Source: Mytilus trossulus
Taxonomy: Eukaryota
Assembly: GCF_036588685.1 (NCBI RefSeq)
Contig: NC_086375.1
Span: 91,822,001 to 91,886,000, forward strand
DNA: 64,000 nt
Reading direction: 5' to 3'
This document shows positions 27,035 to 64,000 of the stretch, piece by piece. Made by a program: the position numbers and the translations under genes. The notes beneath the pieces were generated by a model that saw only the letters and a program-made list of their open reading frames with translations, ran no database searches and was not told the DNA's origin. Within the stretch, counting starts at the first letter, position 1; every line of letters begins with the position of its first letter.

Positions 27035-27263
27035 TGTGCTGTCTCACAAGTAAACACAGCTAACCATGGTATATCTTTATTGTTAATTGTTGTACAATTG
27101 TCATATACTGAATGCGGTGAAAAGATTGTGCTTGGATTAACAGATTATTACTTTTAGATGATAGAATTAAAACGTGATAGTTTCAAGGAAGTTATCGTAA
27201 TTCAATGATAAAAAAATCAAATCGGAAAAAGCTTTACAAAATTCCGGAAATCGTTCCAGCATA
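27035..27263 (-). repeat. 5' LTR
   Basis: Direct repeat of 20496-20724. On the minus strand it has AATAAA at 27081-27076 and a TATA-like TCTAAAAG at 27158-27151. Confidence 0.97.
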
Positions 27264-27819
27264 GTGTCATTTTGGTCTCTTGTGGAGATTTGCGTCATTG
27301 GCAATCATCATGCCCACATCTTCTTTTTTTGTTTGAGTGCCGATGAGACAACTCTCCATCCAAGTCAGACTTGTAAAAAAAAACCACTACAGGTCAAAGT
27401 ACGGTCTTCGACACAGAGCAACTGCAACTGCAAGCCACAAAGTGCCCCAAAAATGACAAGTGTAAAACCATTCAAACGATCAAACCTGGTAACCGTCTAT
27501 TATATGTAAAATACGAGAAACAGAAAAAAAACCCTTATGAACCACCTCAACAAACGAAAACCATCAAACACCATTCGGGGTCCTGATCCATAACACGTAC
27601 AAATATACGCAGCTGGTTCACACATTTCAACAGGTACCAACCTTCGCTCTTACATGAAACATCCGAACGCGGAGATAGAAAGAAAAGTCTACCTTTTGAA
27701 AAAACAGTTTAGCATGTGTCTCATTCTGAACGAATCGAGTTATATGTAAAATGCAGCGTTGTTTTAGATCAAAGGTTGCTGTGAAACACAACTTCTAACA
27801 TTCACACAACAAATACTTG

Positions 27820-28540
27820 ATTATATGGCAAAGTTGTCATGGACTTTCTAAAAGCGTTTGACAAAGAGACCCATAAAAGACTTATCCTAAAACTGAAACG
27901 CAAAACATCATATTGGATAGAGATATGGTTATCACATTGATCTCAAAAAGTGGTAGTTGACAGTCGCACATAATTTGGCTGTCCCATACTGTCAGACGTT
28001 CCTCAAGGCTCTGTTCTCGGCCCATGTCTGTTCTAAATTTACATAAATGACATGCCAGACAACCTCAAAAGTAATGTTCGCCTCTTTGCAGATGACACTA
28101 TAGTGTATTTCACAATAACATCACTAACTGACTGCCATATCCTTCTATCAGACTTAGATAAATTGGAACAATGGGAGCAAGAATGGCTTACGTCCTTTAA
28201 CCAGACAAATGTGAATTCTTTTAAATCATCAACATAACAAAAAAAAAAAAACATAATCAAATCATTTTTAAATACACACTACATGATCATATTCTAAAAT
28301 CAACAGATATCCACTAATGCTCTGACATGGAATTCTCTTATAAATCACATCACAAATAAAGCAAATGCATCACTGAGATTTATCATAAAAAGAAATGTCA
28401 AAACCACAAAAGAAATCGCTTACAAAACATATGTCAGACCAAAAATAGAATACTGTAGTGTTGTCGGAGACCCCCGGCAGAATTAACAACAAATACATAA
28501 AATGTATTTGAAATGATTCAGAGAAGAGCTGGCAGGTACT
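27820..28540 (+). pseudogene. Decayed CR1/L2-group LINE reverse transcriptase fragment (5' part; resumes at about 31534-31840)
   Basis: Motifs DFSKAFDK, VPQGSVLGP, LFADD, YKTYVRP and IQRRAGRY. LINE-like sequence continues after the Penelope-like insertion. Confidence 0.75.
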
Positions 28541-31533
28541 GTCGCATTTCAAAATGTGAGACCAAAGGCTGCAAAACTTGTGCTATTTTAATTACAGATG
28601 CTGAATTGACTAGCAATTTGACCAAGAAGTCATATTTTACCAGAAGTTACGATGATCTGAATTGTAAATCGATAAATGTCGTCTACAAATTAGAGTGCAA
28701 CCTTTGCGGATTGGTATACGTCGGTGAAACGAAAGGAAGGCTGAACAAACGTATGTGCGGTCATAGATCAGACATTAACCTCAATGCTAACGACATTCTA
28801 TACCAGCATTTCAATCAGCCCGATCATTCCATCGTTTCTATGACAGTTCGCATTATCGAAAAGATATACCATAGCTCTAACAATCCTAATCTTTCATCGA
28901 CTCTTCGTAGACAAAAAGAAGACTACTGGATTAGACAATTGGGAACTGCAACACCTTAAGGCTGCAATGACAAAATTGATGGTATATGTATTCTATCTAG
29001 TCCTTCGTGTAACTCGGTGAATGTGATGAATATTTTCAACTCGACTCCTTCACGTAGACGCAGTCATGGTCATCGTCATTATATATCACCTTCTCTGCAT
29101 GATGTCTCTATTAATGACTTGCTGTCATGCATACAAAAGCCGTTAGGTTTTCATCACATTCGCACGAAACTTTATTCGTTACCCCTTTCAAAACTTCATT
29201 CTCTGTTCAATTTATGTTTGGAATCCACTGTTACAAACCCTCATTCAAACCAATACAAACTTCAAGCTATAATTTCGGATATTGCAAGTCACAGACTTTT
29301 CAAGCCAGTTCGCATTGGAAAAGATGAAAAAGAGAAAAGATCTTTTCTAAATCTTTCCTCTGCCAACAGAGGTCTCGATGGCGTCAACCTAGGCAATATC
29401 CTTCATCATAAATTAGTTCAATCGAAAATACCTCCTTATTTCAAAGACCAGTCTGTACCAATAACTTCTTATACCTATACCAAACCTATTGCAACTAAAA
29501 TTTTCAATTACAAACGCGTTTTGCAGGATCTCGATATTGACGACTTCAAGTCTAAACCTCCTGATTGCACTTGTGCTAGTTCCCAATTCACATATAATCC
29601 TGCTGGCCACGTTATTACCGGTGACCTTAACATTGTTAATAACACTTTTCTACGAAATGTGTTATCGAAAGGTCCTAAATCCATCAATTGGAAATACAAC
29701 TTTAAAATTTTGATGGATTCGGTCGAGGATTATGCCAGGCAATGGGCTAAGCGCGAGAGGGAAGACGTAGCCTGACGCTCTATCCGAATGGATTAAGGCA
29801 GTGAGGTCGTTGATACAAATCAAAATATAAAACTGAATGGGTCCATCAATGCCCATGCTACGTCAATCTTTAAAGACCCAAATGTTGCTAAACACCTATC
29901 CGACCTCCATGATAAATATGTTGTTGTCCCCGCAGACAAAGCCCCAAATAGCATCGTTTTTGTGTGTAAAAGTCATTACATTAACAATTCACTTGGAAAC
30001 TCAACATATACCCTCACAACACTTACCAAAGAGGAAATCCTGGATAATCATAGGTCTGTTCGTTTTCGTTCCTTTGGAATTTCAACCAAAGATGAAGAAC
30101 TGGATCTTCCATCATTGTATTGGATACCTAAACTACACAACGGTATATTGCTTGGTCTTCCAAGTGCTCCACGAAACCTCTTTCTAGATTATTTACATCT
30201 ATTTTATCAGCAATCAAAGACAGGCTTCAAAGTTATTGTGAAACTGCCTATTCTAGAGGTGGCGTGAATCATATGTGGATACTTTAAAATTCCAAAGATC
30301 TTTTAGAGTACATACAATCTAACTCTCTTTCATCTTGTAACAGTATTAAAACATTTGACTTTTCTACTCTTTACACAAGTATTCCACATTCCAAACTAAA
30401 AGACAAATTGAAAGAGTTGGTATTACTTTGCTTCATAAAAAAGAATGGCCAACGTAGATACAAGTATCTTGTCTTAGGGAGGGATAAATCCTACTTTGTA
30501 AAGAATCACTCTAGATCTGATTCAAACAAAAAATTCTCTGAAACTGATTTTATCAAGATACTTGATTTCTTGATTGACAACATATTTGTTACGTTCGGAG
30601 GACGTGTTTTTCAACAGACTGTCGGCATTCCAATGGGAACAAATTGTGCCCCTCTACTCGCCGACTTGTTTCTTTATTATTATTAGGCTGACTTCATGCA
30701 GGAACTTCTTAGAAAGAAAGATACGAAGTTAGCAATATTCTTTAACTCTACTTTCCGCTATATAGATGATGTTCTTTCACTAAACAATTCAAAATTTGGT
30801 GACTATGTGGAACGCATCTATCCCATCGAACTGGAGATAAAGGATACTACAGATACAATTAAGTCGGCTTCATATCTTGACTTACATCTAGAAATTGACA
30901 ATGAGGGTCGGTTGAAAACAAAACTTTACGACAAAAGAGATGATTTCAGCTTTCCAATTGTGAACTTTCCATTTCTAAGTAGCAACATTCCAGCAGCACC
31001 TGCATACTGGGTATATATCTCCCAATTTATACGATATTCCCGTGCTTGCATTTCCTATCATGATTTTCTTGATAGAGGGTTACTGCTCACAAGGAAGCTA
31101 TTAAACCAAGAGTTCCAATTGGTGAAGTTGAAATCATCCCTTCGTAAATTTTACGGATGCCATCACGAGTTGGTTGACCGTTATGGAATAACCGTTTCAC
31201 AAATGATATCGGATATGTTCCTTACGTCGTAACTACAATCCCCTTCCCTTTCATGAATGTGACCTACCGAATTATACTATTTACCGGATTTGAAATCACA
31301 TAAGCAACACGACGGTGCCACATGTGGAGCAGGATCTGCTTACCCTTCCGGAGCACCTGAGATCACCCCTAGTTTTTGGTGGGGTTTGTGTTGTTTATTC
31401 TTTAGTTTTCTATGTTGTGTCATTTGTACTATTGTTTTTCTGTTTTTCTTTTTCATTTGTAGCCATGGCGTTGTCAGTTTATTTTAGATTTATGAGTTTG
31501 AATGTCCCTTTGGTATCTTTCGTCCCTCTTTTA
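28541..31533 (+). mobile_element. Penelope-like element with N-terminal GIY-YIG endonuclease (Naiad/Chlamys architecture); 5'-truncated and disrupted
   Basis: CKTC...NVVYKLECNLCGLVYVGETKGRLNKRMCGHRSDI...HF (GIY-YIG) lies upstream of RT motifs ADKA, YWIPKLH, FDFSTLYT, QTVGIPMGTNCAPLLADLFL and FRYIDD. Several stops and frameshifts. Confidence 0.85.
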
Positions 31534-32131
31534 ATCAACACAGCAACCAAAGAAGTGTAATGAACAGCTATGCTTGAACATATAAGGTGGTCAACACTAT
31601 AACAAAGAAGGAATATTGCATCAGTCACCATACAACATTCAACATCAATTAGTTTCCATCCCACCGAATACCATCAAAAGAACACAAATTTGTAAAGCCC
31701 GGCATTCTCTCACACCAATTGCCATTTATATTCATCCACCCCAGACCAATTATGTTGCGGAATTCCTTACCATACCAAGTAGCCTGTTGCCCAGTAGCAT
31801 TTAAGTCTGGTGCAAAGCCACATATGTCTTGTTAAAATTAAAATCAAATCATGTTTTTATCTATATCTATATCTATATAAAAAAAAATGTTTTGACATTT
31901 TTATTCATTCCCCAAGTATGCGCCTTTTTGTAATTTTTATAATATTTAAGTTCAGAAGTTTTATGCAGATGTAGATCTATATAAAGATTTCTTAATCAGT
32001 TTTGGTAGTTTTAATGATTTTGCCATACAAGAATCTACTAAATATTTGAGCTCAATATTTATAATGTTTTAAATGATGAAGCAGAACGCGGAAATTATCG
32101 TCTCCAATCCTGATGTTTCTAGCACTTTTTC

Positions 32132-32141
32132 AACTTCCGGT
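32132..32141. promoter_or_regulatory. ETS-type motif (ACTTCCGG) about 95 bp upstream of the symplekin ATG
   Basis: AACTTCCGGT lies in a locally CpG-containing stretch typical of housekeeping promoters. Motif match only. Confidence 0.35.
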
Positions 32142-32229
32142 TATCGGCATGGGGAAAAAATTGGGAAAATGCAAAAGTCAACAAAAATAATTGAATACTA
32201 ATTTCCCTTTTCAGTTTTATTTGATTAAG

Positions 32230-58061
<25,832 letters not shown>

Positions 58062-61000
58062 GTAAGTTACTTGTTTAACAAAAGTGTGTTTGATACTTGT
58101 CCAGAACTGAGGGAGCCATTGTTAGATCATGTCAATACATTTACAGCACATCAGGTAAATTACTTGTTTAACAAAAGTGTGTTTGATACTTGTCCAGAAC
58201 TGAGGGAGCCATTGTTAGATCATGTCAATACATTTACAGCACATCAGGTAAATTACTTGTTTAACAAAAGTGTGTTTGATACTTGTCCAGAACTGAGGGA
58301 GCCATTGTTAGATCATGTCAATACATTTACAGCACATCAGGTAAATTACTTGTTTAACAAAAGTGTGTTTGATACTTGTCCAGAACTGAGGGAGCCATTG
58401 TTAGATCATGTCAATACATTTACAGCACATCAGGTAAATTACTTGTTTAACAAAAGTGTGTTTGATACTTGTCCAGAACTGAGGGAGCCATTGTTAGATC
58501 ATGTCAAGTCAATACATTTACAGCACATCAGGTAAATTACTTGTTTAACAAAAGTGTGTTTGATACTTGTCCAGAACTGAGGGAGCCATTGTTAGATCAT
58601 GTCAATACATTTACAGCACATCAGGTAAATTACTTGTTTAACAAAAGTGTGTTTGATACTTGTCCAGAACTGAGGGAGCCATTGTAAGATCATGTCAATA
58701 CATTTACAGCACATCAGGTAAATTACTTGTTTAACAAAAGTGTGTTTGATACTTGTCCAGAACTGAGGGAGCCATTGTTAGATCATGTCAATACATTTAC
58801 AGCACATCAGGTAAATTACTTGTTTAACAAAAGTGTGTTTGATACTTGTCCAGAACTGAGGGAGCCATTGTTAGAACATGTCAATACATTTACAGCACAT
58901 CAGGTAAGTTACTTGTTTAACAAAAGTGTGTTTGATACTTGTCCAGAACTGAGGGAGCCATTGTTAGATCATGTCAATACATTTACAGCACATCAGGTAA
59001 ATTACTTGTTTAACAAAAGTGTGTTTGATACTTGTCCAGAACTGAGGGAGCCATTGTTAGATCATGTCAATACATTTACAGCTCACCAGGTAAATTACTT
59101 GTTTAACAAAAGTGTGTTTGATACTTGTCCAGAACTGAGGGAGCCATTGTTAGATCATGTCAATACATTTACAGCTCACCAGATAAATAACTAGCTTAAC
59201 AAAAGTGTGTTTGATACTTGTCCAGAACTGAGGGAGCCATTGTTAGATCATGTCAATACATTTACAGCACATCAGGTAAATTACTTGTTTAACAAAAGTG
59301 TGTTTGATACTTGTCCAGAACTGAGGGAGCCATTGTTAGATCATGTCAATACATTTACAGCTCATCAGGTAAATTACTTGTTTAACAAAAGTGTGTTTGA
59401 TACTTGTCCAGAACTGAGGGAGCCATTGTTAGATCATGTCAATACATTTACAGCTCACCAGATAAATAACTAGCTTAACAAAAGTGTGTTTGATACTTGT
59501 CCAGAACTGAGGGAGCCATTGTTAGATCATGTCAATACATTTACAGCTCATCAGGTAAATTACTTGTTTAACAAAAGTGTGTTTGATACTTGTCCAGAAC
59601 TGAGGGAGCCATTGTTAGATCATGTCAATACATTTACAGCACATCAGGTAAATTACTTGTTTAACAAAAGTGTGTTTGATACTTGTCCAGAACTGAGGGA
59701 GCCATTGTTAGATCATGTCAATACATTTACAGCACATCAGGTAAATTACTTGTTTAACAAAAGTGTGTTTGATACTTGTCCAGAACTGAGGGAGCCATTG
59801 TTAGATCATGTCAATACATTTACAGCTCATCAGGTAAATTACTTGTTTAACAAAAGTGTGTTTGATACTTGTCCAGAACTGAGGGAGCCATTGTTAGATC
59901 ATGTCAATACATTTACAGCTCACCAGATAAATAACTAGCTTAACAAAAGTGTGTTTGATACTTGTCCAGAACTGAGGGAGCCATTGTTAGATCATGTCAA
60001 TACATTTACAGCTCACCAGATAAATAACTAGCTTAACAAAAGTGTGTTTGATACTTGTCCAGAACTGAGGGAGCCATTGTTAGATCATGTCAATACATTT
60101 ACAGCTCATCAGGTAAATTACTTGTTTAACAAAAGTGTGTTTGATACTTGTCCAGAACTGAGGGAGCCATTGTTAGATCATGTCAATACATTTACAGCAC
60201 ATCAGGTAAATTACTTGTTTAACAAAAGTGTGTTTGATACTTGTCCAGAACTGAGGGAGCCATTGTTAGATCATGTCAATACATTTACAGCTCATCAGGT
60301 AAATTACTTGTTTAACAAAAGTGTGTTTGATACTTGTCCAGAACTGAGGGAGCCATTGTTAGATCATGTCAATACATTTACAGCACATCAGGTAAATTAC
60401 TTGTTTAACAAAAGTGTGTTTGATACTTGTCCAGAACTGAGGGAGCCATTGTTAGATCATGTCAATACATTTACAGCACATCAGGTAAGTTACTTGTTTA
60501 ACAAAAGTGTGTTTGATACTTGTCCAGAACTGAGGGAGCCATTGTTAGATCATGTCAATACATTTACAGCACATCAGGTAAATTACTTGTTTAACAAAAG
60601 TGTGTTTGATACTTGTCCAGAACTGAGGGAGCCATTGTTAGATCATGTCAATACATTTACAGCACATCAGGTAAATTACTTGTTTAACAAAAGTGTGTTT
60701 GATACTTGTCCAGAACTGAGGGAGCCATTGTTAGATCATGTCAATACATTTACAGCACATCAGGTAAATTACTAGCTTAACAAAAGTGTGTTTGATACTT
60801 GTCCAGAACTGAGGGAGCCATTGTTAGATCATGTCAATACATTTACAGCACATCAGGTAAATTACTTGTTTAACAAAAGTGTGTTTGATACTTGTCCAGA
60901 ACTGAGGGAGCCATTGTTAGATCATGTCAATACATTTACAGCACATCAGGTAAGTTACTTGTTTAACAAAAGTGTGTTTGATACTTGTCCAGAACTGAGG

Positions 61001-64000
61001 GAGCCATTGTTAGATCATGTCAATACATTTACAGCACATCAGGTAAGTTACTTGTTTAACAAAAGTGTGTTTGATACTTGTCCAGAACTGAGGGAGCCAT
61101 TGTTAGATCATGTCAATACATTTACAGCACATCAGGTAAGTTACTAGCTTAACAAAAGTGTGTTTGATACTTGTCCAGAACTGTGGGAGCCATTGTTAGA
61201 TCATGTCAATACATTTACAGCACATCACGTAAGTTACTTGTTTAACAAAAGTGTGTTTGATACTTGTCCAGAACTGAGGGAGCCATTGTTAGATCATGTC
61301 AATACATTTACAGCACACCAGGTAAATTACTTGTTTAACAAAAGTGTGTTTGATACTTGTCCAGAACTGAGGGAGCCATTGTTAGATCATGTCAATACAT
61401 TTACAGCACATCAGGTAAGTTACTTGTTTAACAAAAGTGTGTTTGATACTTGTCCAGAACTGAGGGAGCCATTGTTAGATCATGTCAATACATTTACAGC
61501 ACATCAGGTAAATTACTTGTTTAACAAAAGTGTGATTGATACTTGTCCAGAACTGAGGGAGCCATTGTTAGATCATGTCAATACATTTACAGCACATCAG
61601 GTAAATTACTTGTTTAACAAAAGTGTGTTTGATACTTGTCCAGAACTGAGGGAGCCATTGTTAGATCATGTCAATACATTTACAGCACATCAGGTAAATT
61701 ACTTGTTTAACAAAAGTGTGTTTGATACTTGTCCAGAACTGAGGGAGCCATTGTTAGATCATGTCAATACATTTACAGCACATCAGGTAAATTACTTGTT
61801 TAACAAAAGTGTGTTTGATACTTGTCCAGAACTGAGGGAGCCATTGTTAGATCATGTCAATACATTTACAGCACATCAGGTAAATTACTAGCTTAACAAA
61901 AGTGTGTTTGATACTTGTCCAGAACTGAGGGAGCCATTGTTAGATCATGTCAATACATTTACAGCACATCAGGTAAATTACTTGTTTAACAAAAGTGTGT
62001 TTGATACTTGTCCAGAACTGAGGGAGCCATTGTTAGATCATGTCAATACATTTACAGCACATCAGGTAAGTTACTTGTTTAACAAAAGTGTGTTTGATAC
62101 TTGTCCAGAACTGAGGGAGCCATTGTTAGATCATGTCAATACATTTACAGCACATCAGGTAAGTTACTTGTTTAACAAAAGTGTGTTTGATACTTGTCCA
62201 GAACTGAGGGAGCCATTGTTAGATCATGTCAATACATTTACAGCACATCAGGTAAGTTACTAGATTAACAAAAGTGTGTTTGATACTTGTCCAGAACTGA
62301 GGGAGCCATTGTTAGATCATGTCAATACATTTACAGCACACCAGGTAAATTACTTGTTTAACAAAAGTGTGTTTGATACTTGTCCAGAACTGAGGGAGCC
62401 ATTGTAGATCATGTCAATACATTTACAGCACATCAGGTAAGTTACTTGTTTAACAAAAGTGTGTTTGATACTTGTCCAGAACTGAGGGAGCCATTGTTAG
62501 ATCATGTCAATACATTTACAGCACACCAGGTAAATTACTTGTTTAACAAAAGTGTGTTTGATACTTGTCCAGAACTGAGGGAGCCATTGTTAGATCATGT
62601 CAATACATTTACAGCACATCAGGTAAGTTACTTGTTTAACAAAAGTGTGTTTGATACTTGTCCAGAACTGAGGGAGCCATTGTTAGATCATGTCAATACA
62701 TTTACAGCACATCAGGTAAGTTACTTGTTTAACAAAAGTGTGTTTGATACTTGTCCAGAACTGAGGGAGCCATTGTTAGATCATGTCAATACATTTACAG
62801 CACATCAGGTAAATTACTTGTTTAACAAAAGTGTGTTTGATACTTGTCCAGAACTGAGGGAGCCATTGTTAGATCATGTCAATACATTTACAGCACATCA
62901 GGTAAATTACTAGCTTAACAAAAGTGTGTTTGATACTTGTCCAGAACTGAGGGAGCCATTGTTAGATCATGTCAATACATTTACAGCACATCAGGTAAGT
63001 TACTTGTTTAACAAAAGTGTGTTTGATACTTGTCCAGAACTGAGGGAGCCATTGTTAGATCATGTCAATACATTTACAGCACATCAGGTAAATTACTTGT
63101 TTAACAAAAGTGTGTTTGATACTTGTCCAGAACTGAGGGAGCCATTGTTAGATCATGTCAATACATTTACAGCACATCAGGTAAATTACTAGCTTAACAA
63201 AAGTGTGTTTGATACTTGTCCAGAACTGAGGGAGCCATTGTTAGATCATGTCAATACATTTACAGCACATCAGGTAAATTACTAGCTTAACAAAAGTGTG
63301 TTTGATACTTGTCCAGAACTGAGGGAGCCATTGTTAGATCATGTCAATACATTTACAGCACATCAGGTAAATTACTTGTTTAACAAAAGTGTGTTTGATA
63401 CTTGTCCAGAACTGAGGGAGCCATTGTTAGATCATGTCAATACATTTACAGCACATCAGGTAAATTACTTGTTTAACAAAAGTGTGTTTGATACTTGTCC
63501 AGAACTGAGGGAGCCATTGTTAGATCATGTCAATACATTTACAGCACATCAGGTAAGTTACTTGTTTAACAAAAGTGTGTTTGATACTTGTCCAGAACTG
63601 AGGGAGCCATTGTTAGATCATGTCAATACATTTACAGCACACCAGGTAAATTACTTGTTTAACAAAAGTGTGTTTGATACTTGTCCAGAACTGAGGGAGC
63701 CATTGTTAGATCATGTCAATACATTTACAGCACATCAGGTAAGTTACTTGTTTAACAAAAGTGTGTTTGATACTTGTCCAGAACTGAGGGAGCCATTGTT
63801 AGATCATGTCAATACATTTACAGCACATCAGGTAAGTTACTTGTTTAACAAAAGTGTGTTTGATACTTGTCCAGAACTGAGGGAGCCATTGTTAGATCAT
63901 GTCAATACATTTACAGCACATCAGGTAAATTACTTGTTTAACAAAAGTGTGTTTGATACTTGTCCAGAACTGAGGGAGCCATTGTTAGATCATGTCAATA

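Larger units (their letters stand above)
20496..27263 (-). mobile_element. Full-length BEL/Pao LTR retrotransposon
   Basis: 229-bp LTRs at 27035-27263 (5') and 20496-20724 (3'), identical by eye; TSD GTGTC (20491-20495 and 27264-27268); PPT AGGCGAGGAG before the 3' LTR. It splits an interspersed repeat whose two halves rejoin across the TSD. Confidence 0.97.

Noticed and set aside
28541-31232. Selenoprotein-type Naiad element
   Set aside because: The in-frame stops at conserved positions are TAA (28957) and TAG (30684), together with frameshifts. I identified no conserved in-frame TGA or SECIS.
58062-64000. Array of mutually exclusive cassette exons (Dscam-like)
   Set aside because: The only AG before each exon-derived segment (AACAAAAG) has no good pyrimidine tract, lies only 23 nt from the preceding donor, and would give 70-nt frame-shifting exons.

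Overview
AT-rich, intron-rich eukaryotic genomic DNA. The repeat families, a Naiad-type Penelope element and the gene architecture suggest a bivalve, probably Mytilus-like (inference). I reconstructed three spliced genes by hand. (1) An 8-exon orphan gene (+, CDS 1339-9801, 404 aa) encoding a putatively lipidated, acidic, tyrosine-motif-rich protein. (2) A divergent calmodulin-like gene (-, CDS 19133-15526, 151 aa) with the canonical calmodulin exon layout. (3) Symplekin (+, 28 coding exons from 32230 to 58061, 1079 aa so far, continuing beyond the window). Between them lie a full-length BEL/Pao LTR retrotransposon (20496-27263, apparently identical 229-bp LTRs, 5-bp TSD), a Penelope-like element with an N-terminal GIY-YIG domain nested in a decayed LINE, and many MITEs, Helentron-type and SINE-like repeats. 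Two observations stand out. (a) Five symplekin introns begin with a tandem array made of the preceding exon's 3' end plus its splice donor (units of about 20, 37, 37, 49 and 93 bp; the 93-bp array exceeds 6 kb). They differ in age, and I saw none at acceptors. (b) The BEL/Pao element has no tRNA-type PBS; instead the 11 nt after its 5' LTR are perfectly complementary to an 11-nt segment inside the LTR at the predicted transcription start, which is the Tf1-type self-priming geometry.
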